Shown piece after piece: positions 62,501 through 64,000 of a stretch of 64,000 nucleotides of DNA. Positions within the stretch are counted from its first letter, which is position 1; each line of letters begins with the position of its first letter. A program made the translations under genes and the position numbers. The notes under the pieces are model-generated. The model was not told the DNA's origin. It saw only the letters and a program-made list of their open reading frames with translations, and did not search any database. This DNA comes from Selaginella moellendorffii (Eukaryota; Plantae; Lycopodiophyta), in NCBI RefSeq assembly GCF_000143415.4, contig NW_003314264.1:662774-726773 (forward strand), given 5' to 3'.

Positions 62501-64000
62501 ACTATTAGTCCAGTTTGCTAGACTATGTCTGCAGCCACAAAATTATCCAAAACACTCGTGTTAATAAGGATCTTAACAAAGCTACCTCCAAGCTTCCTTC
62601 GGAGGCCTAGTAAATGTCACGAACAACTCTCTACCAAAGTTACTTGTGTAATGAGTAACTTTGACCTAGGGATTGGATCACGTACCTTAGTTTAGATTTC
62701 ACCCATCTTGATGGCTATATTTGCTCTGGCCTTCTTCGGGTAAAGACATTCCTTCGAACAATGTCATATGTTTCACCGCAATTGAAGCATATGTTGTTTC
62801 CCACACTACTAGTAGACTTGACTTTCTTATCTATGGGTTTGTCCCTATTAGCTTGACTCCCCTACGTACTTGCTCGCTGGCCACCAGATTTACCTTTCTA
62901 GAACCTTGAGGACTCATTCTTAGAGAAACTCTTTCTTTCCCATATATCCCTCTTAGTTTGGCTCCTTTGCTAAACATGGACCCCAGCCCCATTGTGTTCC
63001 CCTTTCGCAGGTTATCATTAAAATACACCTTAATAACTGCATTCAATACTTCCTTGTAGTTAGTCAGGTTCCAATGCATCACCTTTGCCTCGAGCCCAGG
63101 TTTGCAAGCTTGATATGAAGGCATGGAATGCATCCATATCACCCATATCCATGATAAGGATCCTCTTTGCCATGAATGTATTCACATACTCTTCAATAGT
63201 TCCCATCTGCTTTAGCCTACTCAGCTCATCCTTAGGTGTAGAGTAGCATTTGGAGGAACGTAAGTTGCATGGATCTTCACTTTCATCATTTCCCAAGTGG
63301 CCACCAATCCGTCGTTGACATCTATTATTCTCCACCAAGACATAGCATAATCTTCCAAGTATGGTTTAGCACATAGGACCTTCTCCGAGCTTGCTAACTG
63401 CAATGTTCGGAAATAATTCTCCATATCGTAAAACTAATCTTCCACCACTTTATAGTCATTCACTCTCTTGAAGACAAGTGGGGCTTTGGTTTGTATTTAG
63501 AAACTGCTTGAGAGACTTTTCACTTTCATTTGTTTGACCTTATTCGGTTCTACCTTCGTCTTTGACAAAGGGTCCACACCTTCTACACTACTAGCTTCTG
63601 CAGTCTTTTGCTTTTTCTTCCACTTTTTGTCATGCTTTAGCTTGCATATGAGGGTCTCCAATAGGGCATTGGTTTATATCCTATATCAATTGTCCTTTTA
63701 GAACATCCAATCGAGCCTTGGACAACTGAACCTTACCATCAGACTCTTGTTTGGAAGTTTCCTCATTGGAGTCTTCCCCATGCAAGGATTCCTCATTCAT
63801 ATCTTCTTGTTTGACAGAAGGCTCCAGCTTCAGAGGAGGTTCCATCTTCGCCTTGGTTCTTTTACACCCTACCTTAGCCATCTCCTAGAAATCTACCTCT
63901 ATCCTTCACTAAAACTGAGGAAAAGGTCTTGATACCAAATTATAAGTTATAAATTTTTCCTTTTCAATTTGCCAACCTACCTCATCTATCTGACCACCAC
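59567..64000 (-). mobile_element. Degenerate Ty3/Gypsy retrotransposon (gag-PR-RT-RH), interrupted by an LTR
   Basis: Reverse PBS GATACCAAA at ~63931-63939; gag fragments (LKQMGTIEEYVNTF); [19 protein letters not shown]...[11 protein letters not shown]; RH end EILYKPKKSIIVANALS; many stops. Confidence 0.9.
59916..61033 (-). mobile_element. Solo LTR of the same family as 2125-2904, nested in Gypsy pol
   Basis: Reverse complement starts TGTTGCAAATATGAC...GTATCAAAAGTTACC and ends CAAAACCATATACACTATA; no clean TSD seen. Confidence 0.7.

Overview
Plant genomic DNA, probably a lycophyte such as Selaginella (inferred from ~50-nt introns, the PPR motif style and TTTAGGG repeats). About 39 kb of the window is three copies (E1 8339-21369, E2 23497-36865, E3 36875-49270) of a 12.4-13.4 kb cut-and-paste DNA transposon with perfect 24-bp TIRs (AAGCTCTATTTCGTTAAAGTGGGA) and 4-bp TSDs (AAAT for E1, CTTT for E3, none for E2). 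E1 is inverted relative to E2 and E3. Each copy has two divergent genes. One is a ~1020-aa Sola-type (DUF7869-like, DDD) transposase. The other is a reconstructed 11-exon ~1640-aa cargo gene whose product shows, in order, ParB/Srx-like, degenerate N6/N4-methyltransferase-like, possible NF-YB-like histone-fold, acidic and FCP1/NIF phosphatase-like regions. The element carries roughly 25 copies of a 22-bp palindrome (ATGGCRTG-N6-CAYGCCAT) located in introns, UTRs/non-coding DNA and linker-coding segments. This suggests a parS-like or VANDAL/VANC-like protein-plus-site system, which is the main candidate for a new system. All three copies carry disabling mutations. The flanks contain a Helitron remnant, decayed LTR retroelements, 5S-bearing Cassandra-type TRIMs (one a head-to-head dimer with a TSD), a DUF1853-like pseudogene, an intronless PLS-class PPR gene, an anthranilate synthase beta fragment, a decayed tRNA-Leu(CAA), an N gap and a degenerate Ty3/Gypsy element. 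All domain calls are by eye and need HMM or structure confirmation.
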